In this document: piece after piece, positions 33,659 to 43,100 of the stretch
Layout of the letters: every line of letters starts with the position of its first letter
How positions within the stretch are numbered: position 1 is the first letter of the stretch
From: an uncultured Clostridia bacterium
GTDB lineage: Bacteria > Bacillota > Clostridia > Christensenellales > UBA1242
Direction of reading: 5' to 3'
Assembly: GCA_934747805.1 (NCBI GenBank)
Contig: CAKVHC010000005.1
Coordinates: 668-64,667 of the forward strand
Length of the DNA: 64,000 bases
Translations under genes and position numbers: made by a program
Notes under the pieces: generated by a model
What the model saw: only the letters and a program-made list of their open reading frames with translations
The model's database searches: none
Told to the model about the DNA's origin: nothing

Positions 33659-35404
33659 ATGCAGAAGAAATTATCCAAAATTTTAGTATTGATTATCATG
33701 GTCTGCCTAACGTTCGCAGGCTGCACCTTTTTGAGCGTTGACCCAGTCAAATTCTATTCCGCAACCGTGGCGACTGTGGGAGATGAGAAGATTACACGCC
33801 AAGACTTGCGTAATGCTTATGAGTCATATGGTTATTACTATTATGTGTATCAACAGAAGAAAACCCCTGCCGAAGCCATTAAAGAGACTTTGAACACCGA
33901 GATCGACAAGAAAATGCTGTTTAACTATTGTGTAAAGACCAAGAATTACACGCTCACTCACGACGAAATGAACGAACTATGGAATGACGTATACAACTAT
34001 TTTGATAGTTTGTATGCTAGTTACAAATCTAAGGCGTATGACCGCTTGGATATCACAGACCCAGATACCAACGAAAAAGAAAAAGATATTGATTCCGCAT
34101 TTAAGGCTTACAAACCATACGAAAAATCAGCTGAAATTAGCTGGGAAGTTGTGGATGGCAAGACAATTTACACCATAATTGACGCCGACAATGACGAAGA
34201 AGACAGCACCGACATTGCTATTGCAATCAACTGGAGCGATTACACTGCCATTGCTGGTGACCCAAATAGTGAAAACTACACCAACTATATCAAGACGGTG
34301 TGGGCTAAATACACTCCAAGCATCACAGAAAACATTTACAGCGAGTGCTATGACCTTGCCGTAAAAGATTTGATATATAAGAATAGATACGTGCGTGAGA
34401 ATGGCAAATCATTGTCAACTGAGCCAGAAGATGTCATTTTGCGTGAAGTTAAGCGTGTTTACTGGCAGAACTATGTCGCTCAGATGATTGGCAAGCTTCA
34501 GGATGAATACGACAAATTGCCTAATAAGTATGACGAGAAAGAAATCTTAAGAAAATATAAAGACTTGGTAGGAGAGAGTTATATTGATTACAACGCTTCC
34601 AAAGAGTCCAATATTGAAAAATATGACAGCGCAATGGTGGGAAAAAATGCAAAAGCAGATAAAGTATACTACCACCCAAACAACAATTATTTCTATGTAA
34701 ACAACCTGCTACTTGGCTTCAACACTGACCAAAAGGCAATGGTTACTCGCAAGAAAGACGAACTTAATGAAGCAGATTTCAAAGAGTGGTTGGCAGATTT
34801 CGCAAATGAGAAGCTCTTGAACAACGACAAAGGCGTCAAGATTCATGACCTAGAAACAGGCGAAATCACTGGCACAACTTCTGCTCAATATGTTTTGAAT
34901 TATCTCAACAACAATTTGAACGGCTCAAATTATGATAAAGCCAACGTGTTTAACACAGCAATCTATATGTACGGCACTGACCCTGGCATGTATAATGCTT
35001 CCATGCCTTACATTGACTCAAAAGACAACACCTCAATGGTGACCGAGTTTAATGAAGCTGGAGTCAAGCTCGACGAAGCGGGCGTTTATGGTAAAATTAG
35101 TGGGTTAGTTCTCACTGAATATGGCTATCACATTTTGTTCTATGCTGGCAAAGTTAACCCTGCTGCAAACAACTCAGCATTGAGTTATGACAACCTAAAT
35201 AACGTCACAGTTAAGGATTTGGCAGAAACTACAATCAATTACACTTCAAACAAAACATTGTTCGACTTGATGTTCGACCAAGTTTACGGCGACTATGCTA
35301 GCAAGTATAGTGCTTATGAAGACAAACTGCTTGACTTAATTTCTCAAACTGTCAAAGTGCATATTTACAAATCTGTGCGTGACACGTCACTGAAAAATGT
35401 ATAA
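33659..35404 (+). CDS. PrsA/SurA-like lipoprotein foldase (parvulin-type peptidyl-prolyl isomerase region near the C-terminus)
   Basis: Lipoprotein signal LVLIIMVCLTFAGC. A parvulin-like TEYGYHILFYAG segment. 581 aa, longer than typical PrsA. Confidence 0.6.
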   Translation: MQKKLSKILVLIIMVCLTFAGCTFLSVDPVKFYSATVATVGDEKITRQDLRNAYESYGYYYYVYQQKKTPAEAIKETLNTEIDKKMLFNYCVKTKNYTLTHDEMNELWNDVYNYFDSLYASYKSKAYDRLDITDPDTNEKEKDIDSAFKAYKPYEKSAEISWEVVDGKTIYTIIDADNDEEDSTDIAIAINWSDYTAIAGDPNSENYTNYIKTVWAKYTPSITENIYSECYDLAVKDLIYKNRYVRENGKSLSTEPEDVILREVKRVYWQNYVAQMIGKLQDEYDKLPNKYDEKEILRKYKDLVGESYIDYNASKESNIEKYDSAMVGKNAKADKVYYHPNNNYFYVNNLLLGFNTDQKAMVTRKKDELNEADFKEWLADFANEKLLNNDKGVKIHDLETGEITGTTSAQYVLNYLNNNLNGSNYDKANVFNTAIYMYGTDPGMYNASMPYIDSKDNTSMVTEFNEAGVKLDEAGVYGKISGLVLTEYGYHILFYAGKVNPAANNSALSYDNLNNVTVKDLAETTINYTSNKTLFDLMFDQVYGDYASKYSAYEDKLLDLISQTVKVHIYKSVRDTSLKNV

Positions 35405-35406
35405 TT

Positions 35407-35437
35407 AAAAAAGTCCACATTTTCTGTGGATTTTTTT
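35407..35437 (+). terminator. rho-independent terminator
   Basis: AAAAAAGTCCACA-TTTTC-TGTGGATTTTTTT. Confidence 0.65.
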
Positions 35438-35496
35438 ATTTGCTGTGAATAAAAGTTCTCATTTGACACAAATTAAAGTCAGTCAAAGGAGATTAT

Positions 35497-36090
35497 ATGG
35501 AAGACAAAAACACTAACGTAAGAACAAGGAAAAAAGGCAATGGTTCAACAGCAATATTGGTTTTGTCCATTTTGCTAGGTGTGTCCGTTGCATTAGGAAT
35601 CACTGCTGCCTTCTTTACAGCGAATAGAACGGCAACAGGTACAATTACATTGGGCAACCCAGTGGATATCAACATTTCACAAGGGGGAACTAATGTTACA
35701 ACTCTTGCATTTGAAGGCAATGCTTATCCTGGCACAACCTACGATGCTCCTATTTCAATCGTGGCTGCTGCTGGCACAAGTGAAGCGTGCTTGCGTGCAA
35801 AAGTTACACTCACCAACACTGACACTGCTGCAATCAACGTTGAAGCTACTACCAGTGAAAATTGGGTGAAGGGTGAAGATGATTACTACTATTACAATGG
35901 CACAATCAATGCTGGTAATAGTGTTGATTTCATCTCAAAGATCACCGTTCCTACAACTCTAACGAACGAAGACGCTAAAAAGACTTACTCAGTTTCAATC
36001 GTATGTGAAGCTATTCAAAAGGCAAACGGCGCTGCCGCTGCGACTTGGACAACTGCTCCAAAAGATTGGTTGACTAACTACGGCAAGTAA
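35497..36090 (+). CDS. TasA/camelysin-family protein with a SipW-dependent-type signal peptide
   Basis: The N-terminal basic stretch, TM helix and ITAAFFTANRTATGTITLGN resemble the SipW-cognate signal class. ~200-aa beta-rich body. Confidence 0.55.
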   Translation: MEDKNTNVRTRKKGNGSTAILVLSILLGVSVALGITAAFFTANRTATGTITLGNPVDINISQGGTNVTTLAFEGNAYPGTTYDAPISIVAAAGTSEACLRAKVTLTNTDTAAINVEATTSENWVKGEDDYYYYNGTINAGNSVDFISKITVPTTLTNEDAKKTYSVSIVCEAIQKANGAAAATWTTAPKDWLTNYGK

Positions 36091-36103
36091 TCTTAATTGA
36101 CAA

Positions 36104-36133
36104 TAAAAAAAGCAATCATCAGATTGCTTTTTT
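36104..36133. terminator. bidirectional rho-independent terminator
   Basis: AAAAAAAGCAATC-ATCA-GATTGCTTTTTT. Confidence 0.65.
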
Positions 36134-36134
36134 A

Positions 36135-36707
36135 TTATTTGTTAAAGTTGAAATAGTCGTTTGGATTAACTTTGTTGTCGTTTAAGGTGACTTCAAAGTG
36201 CAAGTGTGCACCTTGAGTGGCTTCGTTCGCTGCAGTGTCACTAACCGCACCGAGCACAGTTCCTTTCTTGACGATGTCGCCTTTTGCCACTTTCAATTCT
36301 TTTGCCAAAGATTTATATGTGGTCTTTAATCCGTCCTTGTGTTGTATTACTACATAATAACCATTGAGATAACTATTGCCAGCCTCAATAACCGTGCCTT
36401 CATAAACTGCGACCACTGGGCTGCCTGCCTTTGCTGTAAAGTCCACCGCTTTGTGAGCTTCCCATTGCTTGAGAGTAGGGTTGTATTGCAGTTCGGTGTC
36501 ACTGTAGTCTTTTGTAATTGATGCATTGGCTACTGGGATATCAAACTTAATCGGCGTTGTGCTGACGCTAATTGCGTTCGAGTTTGCCCCGATTGTTGCG
36601 AATGTAATACCTAGTGCTAGAATCAGTGCGATTGAGCAGGTGATGATTGCTAGTTTGTATCTCGACCAAATGCTTGTCTTTCTGTGCAATTTTATGTTTT
36701 GTTCCAT
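36135..36707 (-). CDS. membrane-anchored M23/LytM-family metallopeptidase (SpoIIQ-like architecture)
   Basis: One N-terminal TM helix. Intact HKAVD (HxxxD) and HLHFE (HxH) motifs. 190 aa. Confidence 0.8.
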   Translation of the reverse strand: MEQNIKLHRKTSIWSRYKLAIITCSIALILALGITFATIGANSNAISVSTTPIKFDIPVANASITKDYSDTELQYNPTLKQWEAHKAVDFTAKAGSPVVAVYEGTVIEAGNSYLNGYYVVIQHKDGLKTTYKSLAKELKVAKGDIVKKGTVLGAVSDTAANEATQGAHLHFEVTLNDNKVNPNDYFNFNK

Positions 36708-36752
36708 ATTTCACTCCTTGATTCGATTATTGCCACACATATTTTTTCTATA

Positions 36753-37205
36753 CTAAAAACTTCCATAAATCATCGGCCAACCCAATGTGGCTTTTTCGCC
36801 ACGAATAGCGAGTTGGATGTTGCTATCGTTACACTGAGTTTTTATTAGCGGAGAAAAAGCATAAATGATTGTCATGCCCAATTCTTGCAAATACTCAGTC
36901 CGCATCGCTTTAGCTTTTAGTTTGGATAAATATATGTAAATCTTGTCCGAGTCGATTTCTACACTTTCGCCCACGATATGCGTGTTTCGAGATGTGGATG
37001 TGTTGCAAAATAGACCCGCACAGTTGTAATTTTCACCACCTATAACCATTTCACGTGAATAATGATTGATTGTGTCGTTTGGGAATATTCTCGCCAAACT
37101 AAATTGCTCACTAGTATTGCATGCCAACACCAGCATATAGCAACAAATGATTAAAATAAGAAACTTTGTAATGTTATATCTCATACACAGAATGATTGCC
37201 AACAT
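36753..37205 (-). CDS. putative lipoprotein, tentatively YwmB/DUF1779-like
   Basis: Possible lipobox MLVLAC if translation starts at the internal Met (37184). The C-terminal NIQLAIRGEKATLGWPMIYGSF recalls the YwmB family from memory only. Confidence 0.3.
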   Translation of the reverse strand: MLAIILCMRYNITKFLILIICCYMLVLACNTSEQFSLARIFPNDTINHYSREMVIGGENYNCAGLFCNTSTSRNTHIVGESVEIDSDKIYIYLSKLKAKAMRTEYLQELGMTIIYAFSPLIKTQCNDSNIQLAIRGEKATLGWPMIYGSF

Positions 37206-37216
37206 TATAAAAGTTA

Positions 37217-37267
37217 AACAAAAAATGTGAAATCTATAAACAGCATCGTTTAAATAGATTTCACATT
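37217..37267 (-). terminator. long-stem hairpin terminator after the 37272..38279 gene
   Basis: Perfect 14-bp inverted repeat AATGTGAAATCTAT (37224-37237) / ATAGATTTCACATT (37254-37267), followed by a T-run on the minus strand. Confidence 0.55.
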
Positions 37268-37271
37268 ATCT

Positions 37272-38279
37272 TTAAATTATGTTGAGAAGTTTTGAATAGG
37301 CGAGAAGTGTTTTCTTGTTGGTGTCAATATTTTTTTTGAGCATCTCTTGAGCTAGTTTCATATTCAGTCCGGCATTCGAAGAAGAGATAAATTTTAGGCT
37401 GTTTATTGCACGCAAATTGTTCTGCAAGATTTGTATAAAGTTGTTGCAATAATTTTTGATTGCATAGTGCATTTCGTTGTCCGCACATAGCGAATAAAAA
37501 TAGTTGATAAATTTGAAATATGTTTTGCTAAATGGAACGAATTTTTTTGCCATTTTATATACGTCAAATATTTGAGTATTTCCGCATTTAATATTAATAA
37601 ATGTATACAGATAAATTTGTTCAATAGTAATTAAATCTTGCAAAGAAAATTGATTTATATTAAAAATATCTATATTTTCATTGTTTTTTAATAAAAAATT
37701 ATGAATATTTATAACAATTTCAAAATATTTAATAATAAAATAATCAATATTTAAATGAGAACTTTCTATATAAAAATTATTAATAATATTTATTATTTGA
37801 TTTAATTCAAAACATATCGATTTATCGTTTAAAATGGAGTGGTGAAATATTTGCTCGATTAAAGCATTTTCTATGTAAACGAGATTGGCAAATGCTGTAC
37901 TAGATTGGTTGGAAATGTTGGCATTGACAATGTCAGGAATCACTAATGTTTGACTATCAAAATTGATGTATGATAGGCAGTTGTAACTTGTGGGTATGAA
38001 CAATGTGTCAACGTCGATTTGTGCATATTCCTGTCCAATAGTAATCGCCAATCTAAAGCTGGATTTTTCAATTAATTCTTGCAAAAAACTGTCGCCATTC
38101 GTGTCACGAGTTAGATATTTTGTCAGCACGCACTCAGTTTTAAGCAATTGATTAAGTTCATCCACCAAACTGGCAGGCGTGCTAAAATCGTATATAAGTA
38201 GGACAGGTTGATAAGGGGCTTTCGCTTTTACTATATTTTTCACTTTTTCAAGGTAGTCAGTTTGTGCAATTTCAATCAT
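37272..38279 (-). CDS. hypothetical protein (335 aa), no confident family
   Basis: GGAG lies 7 nt before ATG 38279 (the track ORF begins at an upstream TTG). Asn/Ile-rich, no TM helix or signal peptide seen. Confidence 0.5.
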   Translation of the reverse strand: MIEIAQTDYLEKVKNIVKAKAPYQPVLLIYDFSTPASLVDELNQLLKTECVLTKYLTRDTNGDSFLQELIEKSSFRLAITIGQEYAQIDVDTLFIPTSYNCLSYINFDSQTLVIPDIVNANISNQSSTAFANLVYIENALIEQIFHHSILNDKSICFELNQIINIINNFYIESSHLNIDYFIIKYFEIVINIHNFLLKNNENIDIFNINQFSLQDLITIEQIYLYTFINIKCGNTQIFDVYKMAKKFVPFSKTYFKFINYFYSLCADNEMHYAIKNYCNNFIQILQNNLRAINSLKFISSSNAGLNMKLAQEMLKKNIDTNKKTLLAYSKLLNII

Positions 38280-38386
38280 AATTTTCTCCAATTCAATATT
38301 AACAATTCGTTAAACGTTTATTTTTGCCAATTTTGACAAAACATAGAGCCTTTTGTTGAAAATGCAATTTAATTACGTGATTTTGT

Positions 38387-38415
38387 TTTACAAAAACCAA
38401 TATTTGCTTTATAAT
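38387..38415 (+). promoter_or_regulatory. candidate sigma-A promoter of acpP
   Basis: TTTACA (38387-38392), 17-nt spacer, TATAAT (38410-38415). Confidence 0.5.
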
Positions 38416-38444
38416 GAAATCATCAATCTTATAGAGAGGTATTT

Positions 38445-38681
38445 ATGGAAAACGTTGAAAAGAGAGTTATTAACATTATCGCTAATGGTTTGCACAAAAA
38501 ACCTGAAGAAATTAAGTTGACTTCACGCCTTGTTGAAGATTTGGGAGCAGATAGTCTTGACTTCTTTGAGCTGCTAATGGGTTTTGAAGATGAATTTAAG
38601 ACAACAGTTAGTGACGAGGATGCCACTAAGTTCAAGACAGTAGGCGACATTGTTAATCACTTAAACGCTTTGAAAAAATAA
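38445..38681 (+). CDS. acpP: acyl carrier protein
   Basis: 78 aa with LGADSLDFFELLMGFEDEF (phosphopantetheine-attachment DSL motif). Confidence 0.85.
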   Translation: MENVEKRVINIIANGLHKKPEEIKLTSRLVEDLGADSLDFFELLMGFEDEFKTTVSDEDATKFKTVGDIVNHLNALKK

Positions 38682-38683
38682 AT

Positions 38684-38711
38684 AAAAAAAACTAGGGTCA
38701 CCTAGTTTTTT
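38684..38711. terminator. bidirectional rho-independent terminator shared by acpP and spoIIID
   Basis: AAAAAAAACTAGG-GTCA-CCTAGTTTTTT. The spoIIID TGA stop (38698-38700) lies in the loop. Confidence 0.7.
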
Positions 38712-38958
38712 CATTGAGATATTTCTGCCTTGTGGCTTCACCGCCATGCAAATGCTTCTCTTCAAAATGTTTGTCTAACACAGTTTTTAGCTGAGTATAC
38801 AACGGATAATTGCTTTTTCTAAGTCTATTGCTAACGTAACTGTGAACGCTACTCTTACTCATATCAAATTCTGCGGCAGTCTGTCTAATTGTTGCATTGG
38901 TTCTAAGAATGTATCTTGCTAAAAGGCTTTCTTTCGATGATGATTGATTGTCTGACAT
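38698..38958 (-). CDS. spoIIID: stage III sporulation protein D (HTH transcription factor)
   Basis: GAGGTG RBS before ATG 38958. IRQTAAEFDMSKSSVHSYV (HTH) and the C-terminal HLHGGEATRQKY parallel B. subtilis SpoIIID. 86 aa. Confidence 0.8.
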   Translation of the reverse strand: MSDNQSSSKESLLARYILRTNATIRQTAAEFDMSKSSVHSYVSNRLRKSNYPLYTQLKTVLDKHFEEKHLHGGEATRQKYLNEKTR

Positions 38959-39016
38959 ATTCACCTCGTACATTATATATACAAGGCCTGTCAGCAAAAT
39001 ATGACATCATTCGACA

Positions 39017-39724
39017 TTATTTGTCTAAAAGATTGTATCTCTCAGTGGCAACTATGGCATTGGCAATCTTGTCGCTCGCATTTGGCACTCGCTCGTCTAG
39101 GGTTGACAAAAGGTCTTTTGCTTTCTGCCTAGACGTAACTTTATCCACAGGACATGTACTCTTTTGCACAGGCAAGTTTTTTGCATAACTAACCACATCT
39201 TTTTCTCGTGTTAAAAATAGTGGGCGTATCACCGTAATGTCAGTGTTGGACATATACGACTTTGGTTTAATTGTACTTAGTCTTCCTTCGTAAAGTGCGC
39301 TCATTACAAACGTGTCTAACATGTCGTCCAAGTGGTGTGCAAGTGCGAGTTTGTTCGCTCCCAACTTTTTTGCAGTTGTGCATAAAATTCCACGACGAAG
39401 TTTGGCGCACAATGAACAAGGATTGCTTTCTTTCCTGACGTTAAAAATGATGTCTGCGATATCCGTCTGTTCAATGTGATATTTAATGCCGTTGTCCTTA
39501 CAGAACTTGACCAACTTGTCGTATGATTGTTTGCCTGAGTAGTTGTCCACAGTGATGGCAATAATGTCAAAGTGCGGCACGTAAAATCTTTTGATGTCGT
39601 TCAATATTTTGAGCAAAGCCAAACTATCTTTGCCTCCAGATAGTCCGACTGCAATCACGTCGCCTTCATCAATTAGGTCGTATTTTTTGATTGTATGTAT
39701 TACTTGTGTTTGAATATTTTTCAT
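39017..39724 (-). CDS. ttcA: PP-loop ATPase of the TtcA (tRNA 2-thiocytidine) family
   Basis: VGLSGGKDS PP-loop, CSLCAKLRRG, and a C-terminal CPVD cysteine. 235 aa. Confidence 0.7.
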   Translation of the reverse strand: MKNIQTQVIHTIKKYDLIDEGDVIAVGLSGGKDSLALLKILNDIKRFYVPHFDIIAITVDNYSGKQSYDKLVKFCKDNGIKYHIEQTDIADIIFNVRKESNPCSLCAKLRRGILCTTAKKLGANKLALAHHLDDMLDTFVMSALYEGRLSTIKPKSYMSNTDITVIRPLFLTREKDVVSYAKNLPVQKSTCPVDKVTSRQKAKDLLSTLDERVPNASDKIANAIVATERYNLLDK

Positions 39725-40030
39725 AATAATATTTTAGCATAAAAATAACTTTTGTAAAGTGTGTAAAAAAAATATTAATTAAAAATTTTTAACTATTAAA
39801 AAAAATACATTGTTTTTTCATAAAAAACATAAAAAATATATAAAAATTTCGCTTTTTTATAAAAAATTAAAAAAATTACATTATTTTATTAAATTATTAA
39901 AGAAAATAGTTAATAAGGCGAATAAATATATATTTTAATTATTTTTTTATTAAAAAAAATTGCAAAAAAAATAAAAATAATATGTCAAGCAAATGCAGTG
40001 CTAATTGCCGATTAATATTGTAATATTTAT

Positions 40031-40060
40031 TTGACTAAATTAGTTAATATATTTTATAAT
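40031..40060 (+). promoter_or_regulatory. candidate sigma-A promoter of the giant gene
   Basis: TTGACT (40031-40036), 18-nt spacer, TATAAT (40055-40060). GAGAGGA RBS before ATG 40110. Confidence 0.45.
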
Positions 40061-40109
40061 TATTATATATAATTATTGGAAAAATGCAGAAAATACAAGA
40101 GAGGAAAAT

Positions 40110-43100
40110 ATGAAGAAATTTGCAACCCTTTTAGCAGTTATTCTAATGGCCTTTGGCGCATGCTTTTTGACCGCCTGCACTCAGCCATATTCCAAAATTT
40201 ATTTGGAAGTGTATGATGCGCAAGGCACAAAGCTTGAACTAGACGAAGATTATAGATTTGTTCTCAACGATAACGGAGAGAACGATTTTTCGTTGAGCGT
40301 AAAAGTACGTGGAGTTAAGAAAGAGAAAGTAACCGTTGGGTTTACAAAGAAATCTTCAACAACTGCATTTTCCATTCTTGAATATCAAACAGTCGGAGAT
40401 ACGGCAACAGTTAAGTTGCGTGGTGACAATCGTGGTGTTGGTTATCTTTATGTTCGTGTTTTGGAATCCGATAAAGTTAAAGAAATTGCCGTACCTATCA
40501 AAATCGTAAAAGAGATTACCAACCTTGAAGTTAAACCTGATGTCTATACAGCCGTTACAATCGGCACTAGCATCACGCTTGACAATTCAATGTTGGCATT
40601 CACACCATACAACACAAATGAAACAGAAGTTGAATTTGCACTATCTGCTCAGGGTGCTCAGCGTAATTACGTCACTCTTGTAAACAACAAGTTGACAGTG
40701 GCTGGTGGCTACAATATTGACGATTTGGGCGAAACTATCAAAATTACCGCAACATCAAAATACAAACAAAACTTGAAAGCGGAGTTTGACGTTTATGTGG
40801 TTGAAAGTTTGAACCCATCAAATATCGCACTTTCATATTTTGACTATGACAACAAGACGTTGGTTAGTGGCGACGGCCAAAACATTGTCAACGTTGGCAA
40901 CGAAATTACATTGGTTAAAGGAGCGGACGCTTATAAGTCTGTTTACATTGCAATCTCGGCCAACAGTAACTATAAGTTTAACGAAGAAGTGGGCTTGGAA
41001 GTTATGGCATATCTGCCAAACAATCAAATCGTGAAAGTGACACGTTGCAACGACCTGACTGACGTCGAATATCCAGTCTATCGCGTTTCTAGTGAATTGT
41101 TCGACGGAACAACGAAAATCAATTTTAAAGTGTATTTCAGCAAATTTGGCAATATCGCTGCAGTAGAAAAGTCTGTTAACGTACGTGTCATCGATATGCC
41201 ATACGCCTTGATGCTCAATGGTGAAACAGAAGACGTTTACGATTTGGATTTGTACACTAGTTACGATTCATCATCAAAAGGCTTGGCTCTCAATTTCAAC
41301 GTGTTGCCAAACAATGTTATTAATGAGTACAATCAGATATATTTAAATGTAGAAAATGTCAACATTGCTGAAGCTTTGGTGCTGAGATACGTCGATGACT
41401 ACGGCGTTTTACGCACCATACAACCTAGCCAAACGGAATACGTTTTGCCACGAAATAAAACAGTCTACGTTTCATTAAATCCAGCAGTTAATTACACTGA
41501 CTACATTGCTACAGGCATCAAACTTAACGCTTGGTGCTATACCACTATCGACAAATTTGCAGGAAGAGATGTCACTGACAGAAATAAGAAAAACGTGCTA
41601 ATCAATCTTGCCATCAAGCAAGGCATTAGTGGAATTGGAGTGTACAAAGACGGTGCAAACAATATCGTAGACGCCATCAATGAAAACATTAGTTTGGTTG
41701 CCAACAATGTCACTAGTGGCGGCACTAATCGTACAATATATTTAGATTTCACACCTACTGGCTCGGTTGACGTGAACAAAAATATCACTATTCAGTCTGC
41801 CAAACCATCAGTGGTTCAATTCGTGCTTGGCGGCACAACATATTCAAGGATAACTGGCAATCAGCTCAGTTCAGTTGTCAAAAATACGTCAAGTTCAATT
41901 GAGAAAACGTTGTATGCCTTGACAATTAAAGGTTTTGATAAAGGCGAGACTCAGATTATCGTCACAACCGGCAATGGCGTTACGAAATACATCAATATTA
42001 CGACTGTAGCAGGCACAAACTCGCTTTCGCTTAATGAAGCATCTACACGAAATATTGCATATTCACTCACGGAAACGGGCAGTTTCTATCGTGGTTACAC
42101 TGATATAATCGTTCCAGCAGGCAGTGCAATTAATTTAAAAGTGAATGGTACTACTGCTAATGCCGACATTGCCATTCTGAACGCTCGTGTAATCGGCGGC
42201 GAAAATGGTTTGAGTCAAAACGAAGTAGTTAGTCTATATGACACAGGCAGTCAAATCACACTCACAGGTTTGATTGAAGGTGTCAACAGAGTTCAGTTTA
42301 ATGTTCAATATTTTGACATGAACGGCAATTCTCAAACATGGTTCATTTCATTCTACGTGTATGTTTACATTCCAGTGCGAGCATTTGAACTTAGCACTCA
42401 TTCGGCTAGTTTAATGTACAATGTGGGATACTTTGAAAAAGAGCAATATTCGCAGTTGACACTTGGCGTAAGATACAACGCCGAAGGTGCGACTGAAACG
42501 ATTGAACTTCTGTCAACCTATGCTAAAGAATCGTTTAAAAACGAAGCCGATAACAACAAACTAATTCATTACGATTCGGCAACTGGCAAGATTTTGCTCA
42601 GAGTGTACACTATCACACGCACCCTAAACGAATCAATCTTTATGGGCTCGCTCGAAAGCACGGCTCGTATGGACAAGAACAATCTCAATATCCAACTCAA
42701 ACTCAATGAATTGCAAGATATGCCAACCAACACAAACGTTACGGTCAACTTGCAACAATTTGATAACGTGGTCTCCAGTCAGCGTTGCAATATTACTATT
42801 CGCAAGGCTGTTAAGGCTGAAAATATAGTTGTAAACAACATTTCCAAGAAATCCGGCGCATACGTAATAAATTTCGACTTGCGTAATGGTCGTTGTGGCT
42901 TGACAAAGACTGACATTGAGAAATATTTGCTCAATCCTGATAACAATTTCAAGCAAATCTTGGCATCAATCACCAATGCGAATGATGTCACTTTTAACCA
43001 AATTGACTACAAAATCGTCAAATATCTGAACGATTATGGCGATATGGTGGACGGCGATGATTCTACAATATCAATCGTGCAATCCAATGGCGAATTTACT

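Noticed and set aside
37272-38279. A faint resemblance of the 335-aa protein to the Fe-ADH / glycerol-1-phosphate dehydrogenase / DHQS fold (AITIGQEYAQIDVD versus the GGGS..D motif, and LFIPTSYNC versus a PTT-type motif).
   Set aside because: The glycine-rich nucleotide-binding motif and the metal ligands are not present. The similarity is too weak to call by eye, so the protein is left as hypothetical.
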